NCBI RefSeq assembly: GCF_009914755.1
Contig: NC_060932.1
Length of the DNA stretch: 64,000 nucleotides
DNA from: the human T2T-CHM13v2.0 reference genome, Homo sapiens
Strand: one strand, 5' to 3'
The translations under genes were made by a program, and so were the position numbers. Positions 16,081 through 32,635 of this stretch are shown here, one piece after another. The stretch's first letter is position 1, and the number at the start of each line of letters is the position of its first letter. A model generated the notes under the pieces. That model had not been told where the DNA came from. It made no database searches and saw nothing but the letters and a program-made list of their open reading frames with translations.

Positions 16081-16794
16081 CCTATGATATTTCCACCACA
16101 CCATATTGTCCCAATTGTGTTGATATAATTGAAATGCTTTTAAATGCAACTGTAATGTCAGAAAGAAATAATTTTGGCAAAGCTTCATTAAAAAAAAACG
16201 CTGAATAATTAGGAGACTGGGGTTCCTGTCTTTTCTTGCCCATTGCTTGTCTCTGTGATATTATTTGATATGATATTTTCTGGCTCACATATTCTCATCT
16301 TAACAGTAAGAAAGAAGATGAGAGTTGGGGTGGACTCATTCATTCTAAAAGTTGAGGGATCTGCACAATAACTGCTGTTTCAAATACAAATAACTTATTT
16401 TCTCATACTTCCTTATTGCAAATTAAAAAATATAAAAATGGCAAAGGAAAAACAGAGAAATCATCTCTGAAAATTGATGCAACACTTAAAAATAACACAA
16501 TGCAATTCTGTTTAGTATTTACTGATAAGAACCTTGTCTTAATAAGCTAAAGGCAATCTCAGTCTACTTTGTGTCATTCCAAGCTCTAAAATTCTTTACC
16601 ATAAAAGCTGCTTAACTCGATTTAACTGGAGGGTCACATCTCAGGGGACCAGCGACCCCTCCAGAGGGAGGAAGGACAGTCAGGAGGAGCAGGACACTTC
16701 ATTCCATCTGTGATTCTACCACGGCAGAGCTCGGTCACCGGAAGGATAATTAAATCCGGGTCTCATTTTCTTCTCTCGTGCAATAAGAAGAGAC

Positions 16795-17032
16795 ATAGCG
16801 CACCCTGTACGTGTACCACCCTGGGCGTGTACCACCCTGGCCACCTACAATCCTGGCTGCGTACAACCCTGGATGCATAGCACCCTGGACACGTACCACC
16901 CTGGGCATGTACCACCCTGGCCACATAGCACCCTAGCCGTGTAGCACCCTGAGGGTGTACCACCCTGGATGTGAACCATCCTCGATGAGTAGCACCCCAG
17001 GCTTGTACCATGCTGGGGACTGCACCATCCTC
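16795..17032. repeat. GC-rich minisatellite, 16-bp unit (GTACCACCCTGGGCAT-like) x ~15
   Basis: A CACCCT-like core recurs exactly every 16 bp from 16801 to 17009, then once more at 17026. Confidence 0.9.
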
Positions 17033-18959
17033 AACTTTGCAGCCCTCAGGCCCAGACTGACTTCTCCCACAAAAAGTTAAATTTAAAAAAATGTCCCCAT
17101 GGCATCTGAGAGTAATTATATTCAACATCTTGTTCACGGAGGAGTTTCTACTTCCTGTTTTATAATTACAATGTTATGCCTGAATCTTCCAGTTTTACAA
17201 AGCTGATTTACAGGAAAGCCTTGTGCCTGAGGTATGGTGTGGAGGCCACAGACGGGGCACAGGGAGACACTGAACATGGCAGTCACCACCTGTGCCCTCC
17301 CACCTGCAGCGGCCACGCAGTCGTGGGCTGGGGTACCGGGTGCTGAGGTACTCATCTCTGAGGAACCCACAATGTGGGCGACAGTTGTCCCATTAATGAG
17401 CTTAGGAGCAGAAGTGAGACAAAGCCTCTCATTTCTCCCCACATATACTACAGGAATTCTGTCCTTATAGTGTTAGGCAGGTAAAAGGACCATCAATTGT
17501 GTATGATATGAGCAGACGAACGGTTTCAAGGACACTGTCATTTAAAACAGTGCTACATTACCGATCATCAATGACAAGTGGCCACAGCAGTAGAAATGAC
17601 TGCTGAGAACGTCGGAAGGGCCACTGGTGCTGGGGTCAGAACACTGTCCCCAGTTGGGGGAAGACCAGATCCAGGGACATCATGGGGCCCTGTGGGCAGC
17701 AGATGCTGTTACAGCTCAGAAAGAGGATGTGCAATGCTTTAGAATGAAAGAAACTCAAGAATGTTCCTGCTATTAGCTGCAACATAGAAAAGGGGAAATT
17801 AGCTTGACAAGGTGGATTGTAGTAGAAATAATTTTAAGTAGAGAACCTAAGAGTCAAAGCAGTAACCATAAGATTCAAAGACTAAAATAAAACGTGTGAA
17901 CACCAGTGAACTGTGAAACACAAAGACTAAATTACACACTTTAAAGCTATTTCCAGACATTGTGAGACATGGCTTCTCAGCATCTTCATCATCCCCTTTT
18001 TCTTTCAGACTCTGGCACTGCATTATTTTTTTTTTAATTAGAGTTTTTATGTCTATGCTGGTGAACACACACAGGTATTACATATTTTCTGGAAAAATAC
18101 ATCTAAGTCATTCAAATCAAAGTATATTAGATTCCTGTGAAGTGGATATAATTCAAAATAATGGTTCTACAATTGTATTCAAATATCAAATTTAGGACTC
18201 ATGCAGATTAGATTTTAAAATCAGTTCTCCCAATTTATATACACACATTATATAACATATAATAATGTATTCTATAGCTCATATATATCTGATATGTATG
18301 TATTATGTATCATAAATTTATATACACACACAATTTATATGTGTATGTGTGCGTGTGTGTGTAGAAAATAATAAAAGCATTTTAACAATATAAAGGTCAT
18401 GTGGCATTATCTTTTATTTCTAATTATTGAATTCTTGGCTGTTTCTCAGTCTAACTTCAGTTATTTCTCTTCTTTGTCCTGGAAGTTAGCTTCTAAAAAT
18501 AGACTCAATGTTATCATTATAAACACTTTAATTTACTTGGCATTATTATATTACAAATCCATGATTTTCATATTCATTCAAACCTAAATGTGCTTTCTGT
18601 TACTGAATTCACATAAACAGCTCAAGCTTCATGAAAAGAGTCTTTCAGAAAGGATAAAGCATGTTTTGTGGTTGATGTTGCCTTACACGTCATGTATTCA
18701 ACTCTGTACATAGTATAACTGTGGGCTTCCAGGTATTTTTCTTTAATTTCTGAAGACCTACTGTTGATTGTTATGATGGAATTATCAAGACTCAACAAAC
18801 AACAAGTGTGCAGATAGGATATACACTGTGAAGGTTTATTTCCATTTGATTTTAAAAGGATGTAGATATTATTTAAATGACCTAATGATTTAAACTTTTT
18901 TTCTGTTTCCCCCATAACACACACACATATTGTAATTAATGCTCAGCCTGGGGAGCAAG

Positions 18960-19110
18960 TGAACTAACAATTATTGAACTCTAAGCGCCAGGCACTTCAT
19001 GTATTATTTCCCTGAATTCTTCCAGGAGCCCCACAGAGAATGTGACAATGAGGCCATCTAAAAATGGGCAGAGAGAGGCTTATGGCCAAGAGGGAAATTG
19101 AGTCCTAACT
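18960..19110 (-). mobile_element. MIR SINE fragment
   Basis: ttattgaactctaagcgccaggcact... Confidence 0.5.
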
Positions 19111-19681
19111 CCACCTTTGTCTCAGATCTCATCCTCTTTTCTTTCCAGAACCCTCCCTGATGCATGACTTAGCCCTATAGGGTTGTGACATAGAGGGAAC
19201 ACCTGGAGTCCAAATGAATACAGAATTAAATGTGGTCTTTAAAAATGGTCTCTATGGCATTGAAGCTGTGGCTTCAATGGAAGCTGTGGAAGAAGCAGAG
19301 CAGCCTGCAACTGTTCCGTGAGCCTGACCTATCTGACCTGTGCTGGGCCAGATGCTCCGTAGTAACTCATCTGTATTTCAGTCTGACTCTAGTGTTCATC
19401 AAAGTCATCTAAGTGGTAGGCACATGTATTCTGGAGTGGGAGGAAGGGAGGAAGGAGAGAGACATAAAGTGGAATATTCTGAAAACAAAATGATCTTCTA
19501 CCCAAAGCCCTTGGGAACGGTCCTGCTCATGGAATAGGAACAATCTTGGAAACTCAGGAAATATTGCGGAAAAAATAAATTGAAATTAAAATGGCATTTT
19601 TCCCAGGGAATTCTTAAGAATCATTATAGCTAACTCAGATTAGTGGTAGCGTAAATGCAGGGAAGGCAACATTGTGATATG

Positions 19682-20010
19682 TCATTCATTCATTCATTCA
19701 TTCATTCAACAAATATTTATAGAATGCAAATTATGTTGAATATTTACTGAATGCGTATTATGTGTGGAATATTTTTCCAGGCACTAGGAATGCAATATCG
19801 CCCTCAGTGAGTATATTTGGGGCATGCAGAGAGAAGAAACACCATTAAAAAAATAAAATTTGTAATAGGTCAGTGGATTTTAAATGCTATGGAGAAAAAT
19901 AAATCAAGAGAAAATGGTATTTTTTTGATAGGAATAGGTAGAGAATGCAATTTTACATTAGGTAGTCAGGAAACACCTCAATAAGAAAGTGGCATTGAAA
20001 AAAAATATGA
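19682..20010 (-). mobile_element. L2 LINE 3' end
   Basis: (TCAT)n then caacaaatatttat...ccaggcactagg...ggtagtcaggaaacacctca. Confidence 0.75.
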
Positions 20011-20519
20011 AGTAGAGGATCAGATCTAATAATAATATTTACATCACTGAGCCTTTAGTTTGATTTTATGTAGTATTATAAAAATTAGGATTGTTTTCCC
20101 AAAAATATAATGTCATGTTGAGTCCTTAGGCCTTGTTTCTTTTCATCCTGAGAGCTTTAAGTCTTTGTATGAGAGATCAAACCGTTTTGCCCACTAAAAT
20201 GACATGTAGAATTCATTCTTTTCCAAATATTTTGTGCATTCCTAATTGATAAGTATCTCAGGGTAGACCCCGACTGATTTCTAAACATACTTGCCTAAGG
20301 TGAAAAGAATGAATGTATGCAGTCAGACTTTGTTTTGGTTGTTGGTGCTGTATGGATGTTTTCATATTGAATAACATACCGTTCTTTGTTATTAGTCACT
20401 GAGATTAGAATGAAAAGTGATACCTACACATTTTTACACTAATTATGAGCATAAGATTGAGCTGGTTACACAAAGAGGGGAGTCTTTCATTTATTCAATA
20501 ACTTATTTTAACCATATTC

Positions 20520-20745
20520 TTAATAACAACAGCTAACACAGACAATGCTTCCTAGACCAACCACTGTGTACATATTTCAATTTATGAACATGAACTCTCC
20601 TATTTTCCCAACAAGATTCTGCAGTAGCTACTATTATCCCCATTTTAAAGATGAACAAACTGAGGCAGAAAAGTTAAGGAACATCCCTCAGGTTTATAAA
20701 CCAAGTAAAAGGGAGAGCCAGGATTTGACCTGAGGTGGTGTGGCT
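20520..20745 (-). mobile_element. MIR SINE
   Basis: tattatccccattttaaagatgaacaaactgaggcagaaaagttaagg is the MIR core. Confidence 0.85.
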
Positions 20746-21385
20746 CCAGAGTTTGTATACAAACAGCACACACCAAACAGGTAATTCTTAAATAATTTTT
20801 GGGTGTCAATCTGACTTCCAACCACAGAGGAAAGTGTGATTGGATCAATGTGCTTCCTGACACATTTGGGTGCATTTATTAATACATACATGTATATCTA
20901 TAGAACTATATAAAATGCAAAGCTGTGTATATCTGTGTTACATGAATGTTATTATACAGCATATGTAGTCACAAGCTTTATTCACTCAATAGTACACCTT
21001 AGAAGCCTGTGTTCAATACAGATAGATCAAGCTCATTTTTACAGCTGCTACATACAAAAATAGTCTATTTCCTAATTTTTCCAATTTCAAATGCTGCAAA
21101 TATTTCTACTATAAATCTATCGTATAAATGTGTGTGAATTTCTCTAAGGTTGATACAAAGAGGTGATGTTAATGATCACCTTTTCAAGACTCACCACCCA
21201 TCTCAACAACTCTCAAAACAGTCCTTTCATGGTTAGGAATTGCCTCCATTTTTTTCTATCCTGCTCTCTCCACATTCTTTTATTTTTACAGCTATTCTTT
21301 CTTATTCTTCTGTTGAACTTTAATTGTAACATCAAAGAGTCTATCTTAGGTGTTGCGTATTTCTCTATCTATTCTGATACCATAT

Positions 21386-21602
21386 GTAGACTTCTCAACC
21401 TTGACATCACTGGCATTTTGTATGAAATAATTATTTGCTGTGGAGATTGTCTGGCTGTAGGACATTTTGCAACATCTCTGGCCTCTATCTACTAGATGCC
21501 ATAGCACTCCAAGCTCCTAGAGTTCTAACAATCAAAAATCTCCGCAGACATTGCCAAACGTCATCTGCGGAGAAAAATTACCCCCAGCTCAAAAAACTAC
21601 TG
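21386..21602 (-). mobile_element. MER20 (hAT-Charlie)
   Basis: ttctcaaccttgac...tctctggcctctatctactagatgcca...cagacattgccaaa...aactactg. Confidence 0.85.
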
Positions 21603-21884
21603 CCTACGAGATGTCACCCAGTCCCTGGCATTCAAATACCATGCATATTTGAATCCCCTTTTTGAATAAGATTGGAATCTACACTTTGGTCTCTAGGGCC
21701 AACCTCTTACCTGACTTCTAGATTTTTATACCCAACTACTACCTGCTCTGTCTTTTTTATTTAGGGTTTAATATTTCATTGGTCTGTAAGTTGCATAAAA
21801 TAACATTATATTTACTAATCAACAAGCATAGGTATAGATATTTTTATGAATTCTTAATAAATTTTCAAATTTAGACTACTTTAA

Positions 21885-22480
21885 AAATTTGTTTTAAAGT
21901 TTAAAAATAGTAGAGAATCTCCATAAATGGCCACAGCCCGTTTTCCTTACTGTTAGCATCTTAGCTTTGTATGGACATTTCTTACAATCAGTGACCAATA
22001 TTGGCATGTTCTTCTTCACTAAAGTCTTATTGAATTATCTTAGCTTTTAAGTAACGTTCGCTTTCTGTTTCAGGAATCCATTCGGGATACCACACTGCGT
22101 TTACGTGCCGTTCCTCTTTAGGTGTCTCCTGGCTGGGGCAGCTTCTCGGACCTCCCTTGTTTTAAGGGCCTTGATGGTTTTCAGAAGTTGCGGCCAGATA
22201 TTCTGTGGAATGTCCCTCCTGTGGAACTTGTCTGGTGTTTTCTCACAGTGCACCAGGTTGTGGGTTGTTGGGAAGATCACAGAGGTAAAGAACACTTCTC
22301 GTCGCAGCATGCCAGGGACACGCATCATCAGTGGGACTTCCACTCTGGATGTTGACTTGATCACTTGGCTAGGGTCGTGTTTGTCAGTTTCTCCACTATA
22401 AACTTCTGTATTTTTACTTCCTTGCAGCCTATACTCTTTGGAAGGGAGGAACTATGAGCAGCAGAACTTAAAGAATACGA
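21885..22480 (-). mobile_element. Old L1M 3' UTR (L1MC/MD-like)
   Basis: ctttctgtttcaggaatccattcgggataccacactgc...gatgttgacttgatcacttggct. Confidence 0.75.
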
Positions 22481-22547
22481 AAGGAGGCTAGTTATACACA
22501 GAGCACCCACTAAAGTAATTAATCAAGAGCAGAGAATCTACAAACTT

Positions 22548-22870
22548 TTTTAATTTTTAATTTTTAAAATTTTATTTAATTTTTGTTTTTTGCATATATA
22601 CATACTTATGGGGTACATATTTTGATACAGGCATACGATGAATTTTAATTGCATCAGGGTAAATGGGGGTATGTATCATCCTGGAGGGGTAAATCTTTAA
22701 GCATTTATTCTTCATGTTACAAACAATCTAATCATACTACTTTATTTCAAAATATACAATTAAATTATTGCTTACAAGAGTCATCCTGTGGTGCTATCAA
22801 ATACTAGATCTTATTCGTTCTCTTTTTTTGGATCCATTACACATCCCCACTTCCATCCAAGCCCCAACCT
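22548..22870 (-). mobile_element. L1MA-type 3' end
   Basis: T-rich tail, then tatggggtaca...gttacaaacaatc...gtgctatcaaatactagatcttattc. Confidence 0.8.
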
Positions 22871-23953
22871 CAAAAACTATTTAGTGAGTAAATGAATTAA
22901 GTCACTAAACTATAAATGCCCTAATTGACCAAGTGTATAAAATTCAGAGTCCCTGAAATGGTGAATTTACCATCTTTATCTCAAGTGCCAATTTTTAAAA
23001 TTTTAGAGAAGATTCTGGATCTGAAAGGGCACTTCTAATACTCCCAGATTAAAAATAAGCCTACCTTTACGTGAGTCTTGAAGTGACCTATATTCCCATC
23101 CATGATAAGGTCTCACTTGGTTGGAGAAAGGCTGCAGATGGAGGAGGAGTGACTTGCCCTACTTTTAAGGAGGAAGGAGCCAGAAAACCCACCCCAACAT
23201 GATGCCTGAAATCCTCTCTGGCTTTGTTTTGAAGCGCACTGCCCTGAGTTACAGCATCTTTATTGAAAGGGAGAACCAGGAAAAAGAAAAGAAAAGAAAA
23301 GAAAAAAGACCAGGAGTAGAAAGCAGAAATGGCAGCACAATCCCTGCTGAGAATCTCTGCTGAGAGCACAGCCTCCCAGGGACCAGGCCTGTGGGAACAA
23401 TGCCAAGCTTCCTGGATTTCTTCAACAGTTTTACAAAGCCTGCACAAAAGCTCATCTAAGTTTTGAAGACTCAAAAAAAAAAAAAAGATATGTACAAGTA
23501 AAGCCAGACTCGGCAGCTTCTTTCACTGTTGGCATGATCCCGGAGGGCTGATCCAACCCAGTAGCATAATGTAGTTAAATCAGACCGCAAGGTTGAAAAC
23601 GCTTTGGCAGAATTCAAAGCGCCCTACACGTATAAATTGAATGCACCATTGTTGTTATTCTGTATTTCCATGACCTAGCACAAAATGCAACTTCGAATGA
23701 GCAGAGAAAAGCAGCTCCAACAATCAAGCAAACCTCTGTCAACGTCCTCAGAAGTGCTAAGTGCACAGCGGGGCTTGTAGGTTTCTGTGGGGCCCTAGAA
23801 AACTATGATAAAATGGTGAGCAGGATAAATTTTCTGTACTGATCAAGGCCAATTTATTTTCCAAAAATCAACAGAGAAGGCAAGCAGGGATTAAAGAAAG
23901 GCAAAGAAACACCACTGCTGGTTTTGGTAGGGCTCCCAGTGTCCCAGGTGTGA

Positions 23954-24401
<448 letters not shown>

Positions 24402-24934
24402 AGTACTGCAAGATTTCTGAGAGGGTGGGAGTCCAGACAGGGCACAGCCTGCCATTTGGCAAAAGATTAGAGAAGAACGCTGACATTTAATGAGTAATTA
24501 TCATATGCACAAGGAGTATAATGATAACACTCACGTGTATGCTATTTTCATATAATATAATTGGCAAAGACCTATTTCTCCAAGTTCCATATTGGAGATC
24601 CCAAATATCTTGTAGTGAGGGGTGATTTTGCCCACTGCAAGATGGATAATCTTTACCCAGGGTCAGAGTGCAGTGAGAGATCAGCATCTCCAAATTTAGT
24701 TTGCTAGAACGTCAATGCACCAAATTTGAGGAAGCAAGCTGAGAAAATCATGAAATTCTTGCCTTTCCCTCCATATAATTTAAGTATTTAGACCAGTATT
24801 TCAACCTAGGCATCTCCTTTGGAAAAGAATTCTGATAGAAGCAATCATCCCATAATAAGTAAGGTGTATATATTTGCTATTAATGTTATAAATATTTAGC
24901 TCATCACCACATGATAAAAGAACAAGTTTTAAAA

Positions 24935-25090
24935 AAAAATGGGATATCTGAGGACACATCCTGGAACCCACTTCCAGATACTCTAACTGTGCAGATTTGG
25001 GGCAGGGCCTAGGTAAACCCCTCTCCATCTCTCATACCACAATGATTCCAATGCAGTAGTCCATAGACCACAATGCCAGACGCACTGAAC
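24935..25090. mobile_element. MER5-like hAT fragment
   Basis: gatttggggcagggcctagg...atgattccaatgcag...cactg. Confidence 0.5.
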
Positions 25091-27668
25091 TAGGCACAGA
25101 GAGAAGTGGCTAATGAGGGTCTGAGAGGTATAAATGGACCCAGAACCTGAGGGCCCCCTTACTCTCAGCTAAAGAAGTGGCCTTATACTTTAGCAAAGGT
25201 TAACAATTGGTACCTCTAACCAGAGGAGTCCTTGGGAGGCTGTGTGCTGAAAGGATGATTGGAATAAGAAGGGGCTGATACAAGGACCCCTTGCCCAGGA
25301 AGCTTCTCCATGGGTGCAGTGTACAGTTAGTGAAATCTGAACTACAGGTGCAAATTTGAAGCCTGAAAATATAACACGTTATTAAAAAGTCACTAACAAC
25401 AGCACCGTGTGTTTAGAACTTAGACTACCAAGATTTATTCAAAGAAAAGTATTTTATCACTGACAGTGCTTAGCATTGCGAATGCATGAGGATAATAAAA
25501 ATCACACTGACCTTTAGTTAGTTTTACTATTATTCTAAATTCTCTGCAGACAGTGTGTGCGCTGACTGCCTCTACCTTGGTGTGAATAGCTCCCACCACC
25601 TGCTTTTTATCATGGTCTCGGTGGGGAACCCTACTGAAGTTCAAGGTTTTGCCCAATACAATATATTCTTAAAACACCATCGCAATCAAAATATGAAACA
25701 CTTTTGTTATCTCAAGTGGTTTTCTCTGACCTTGCAAGCTGGTCCTCAATTTCCACTCCTGCTCTTAGCAACCTCTGATCTCCTTTCTATTACTACAGAT
25801 TTCATTTGTCTTGCATACAGTGTCATATACATAGAAACATACCCCAAAAATAGCAGGTTAAAATCAAACAGCTCATCATGGCAGTAGGAGGTAAATGCTC
25901 CAGAACTGGCTTCTTGAATTTCCTCTGGATATGATGGCATTTGGGGGCTTAGATTAGAGAATAAACCAGTATGTTTAAATGCCTAAAGCTTTACAAAAAT
26001 GTTCAGTAGTTTTCACTAGTAGGTTGGTTTATATATTGACTATACATGAAATTAGTTGCTATAATTATCATAAATAATAATTAAGGGAAAATAAAAATGT
26101 ATTTACTTAACACATATCTGTGCATTCTTTATTACCGTGCATTCAAAAGTATATAAGGAAGTTAAGAACCTGAGATGTAATTGTTTTACCCAACATGGCC
26201 ACAGCTTTGCTTAGGAAGTTCACTGAGAGCCAAATGCTACTCCTATCTCTCTCTGTCGCAGTTCACTACACCAGCTGCTAATGGTCTCTAAGCAGCCATT
26301 CTCCACTTTTTTCTGTGTAAGTACAGAACTCCTCATTACCACCATCAAGATTTCACAGAACGCACGGCCATGAGAAGAAATGATTTGGCGCCACCTCTCT
26401 TGTAGCTGAACATGGACAAATGACGACTTTGAGAGTTAAGAGGTGACGGGGAAGTGAAGATGTGGCTTCACTTCACATTCTCTCCTCTCCTCTGGGGAGC
26501 TGGGGTAGGAATGTGTGGTTTGATCTATCTCTGTTGCCTTCATCCCATATAGGGGATGGCCGCCCGAGCCATCTACCCTAGCTAGGCACCCATCCTACCC
26601 CTAAACTCTTGTATGGGAGAGAAGCAAACTTCTTCTTAGCAAGAACGACTGCATTTTGGAAGCTTTTGTCATGTCGGTTTCGTCTACACCCTACCTCATC
26701 CAATTGTCAAACATGCCTGAGATGTCCCTCTTGCGGAGTTCAACCCTCTTGGTGGTGTAGTCTAATTGTGGAGGTGTATTTAGCTTATTTCCCCATCGGA
26801 CTGTAAAACACATAGGTAATGAACAGGTCCTTGCACAGTGTCTCATAGGACATTAGCTGAATACATGTGAATTCCTGAGGGTGCCCAGAGGAAAATAAAC
26901 ATTTGGACATTTTGTGATGTGTCATTCTCTGGGGGTTGATGATGACATCTACCTTCAACTGGACGAACAACAATGGAAACAGAAGCTCCTTCCCCATCTA
27001 TCTAGCCACAGCAGCCCACTGTTTGGAGAGAATGTATTGAAATGTTCTGTGATATACAAAGCCTACGTCTGCCTGTGCCCTGAGCTCTGGGGTTTCTCTT
27101 TTAAATCAATGAAGTACAAAGAGACATCAAAAGTTTTCACTTACACTGCTTTTAACAGCATACAAAGAATGTCATATTAATGTGTGTGAAGAAGGCGCCT
27201 ATTTCACAAACTTACATGAATATACTATATTCAAACAATCGGAGAGAATACTCATGAGATTATTAGTAACACATTTTCTTTGAGCTTTGTGTAGTAGATG
27301 ATAGAAATATGGCCTACTTCAGAAACTGTTTGAAATATGAATTTCTCATACGCAGTCAAGTTAAAACTTCAATTTTCTTATTCAATTGTTAAAAACCATT
27401 TTGAGACAATAGGATTACTTGCCTCAAATGAATTCAGGTTAAACAATTTTTATATTATTGTTTTTCTCTAGAAAGATTCCAATGTCTCCTTCCCTAATAA
27501 ATTTTTATAGATTACAAAAATATCCTTTTTATAATTATTGTAAATTTCACAAACTTACTAAGTGATTAATCCAATACATATTTTAAACTCACTAAACATT
27601 CCAAAATCAGATCAGCATTTTGAAGAGAAAAATTTAATAAATTATATGAAATACATATGTAAAGCATT

Positions 27669-27791
27669 TCATATAAATAAGAGTCAAAATCAGCTCAAAT
27701 TTAATAATGTCAAGAATTTTAATGAATATCATATAAAGAAGAAGAGTCAAAATCAGCTAAGATTTAATAACGTTAAGAATTTTAATGAATA
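27669..27791. repeat. Tandem duplication, ~60/63-bp unit x 2
   Basis: tcatataaa..aagagtcaaaatcagct..atttaataa.gt.aagaattttaatgaata appears at 27669 and 27729. Confidence 0.9.
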
Positions 27792-28227
27792 TAAAATATT
27801 AATGGAAAATATTAAAACAGAAACTGTTTAATGTAATTATAAATGCCACCAAAGTAACAATATACTTTGAAAAATCACCATGTATTAATTACAAATAAAA
27901 ACTTGCTGTCATCCACAACAGAATGACTTGACTAGATACTGTATAAACAAACAAGACTCTTCAGCACTTCAAATGACTAACACTGAAGCAGAAGTGTTGA
28001 TTTTACAGTTGATTTTCTTTTTTACTATGCCAGCTTATTTAAACATACTAAAATAGCACTTAGATACAAATGATGAGTCATTAGTATTTAAGCTTTTAAA
28101 CAAAAATATGTAAATTACACTTAAAATGAAACACACCCTACCTGAGTTTTCCCCTACTAGAAGGCTCTGTTATGGAAAATTGTAGTCTGCACAGATTTCC
28201 TCCTGGGAAAATTGAACTCAACCCTGA

Positions 28228-28568
<341 letters not shown>

Positions 28569-28576
28569 TGAATTTC

Positions 28577-32635
<4,059 letters not shown>

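Noticed and set aside
16763-17137. Regular repeats resembling a CRISPR array, with a 124-aa repetitive ORF
   Set aside because: Contiguous 16-bp units with no unique spacers in primate DNA; the ORF is a by-product of the minisatellite.
23500-23800. Non-repeat, mildly CpG-retaining patch with a SOX-like CATTGT (similar patch at ~38930-39000)
   Set aside because: Not a CpG island; an enhancer call needs conservation or chromatin data I cannot see.
26385-26402. Partial CTCF-like motif (AGGTGGCGC on the minus strand)
   Set aside because: The 5' half does not match the consensus; unsupported without ChIP data.
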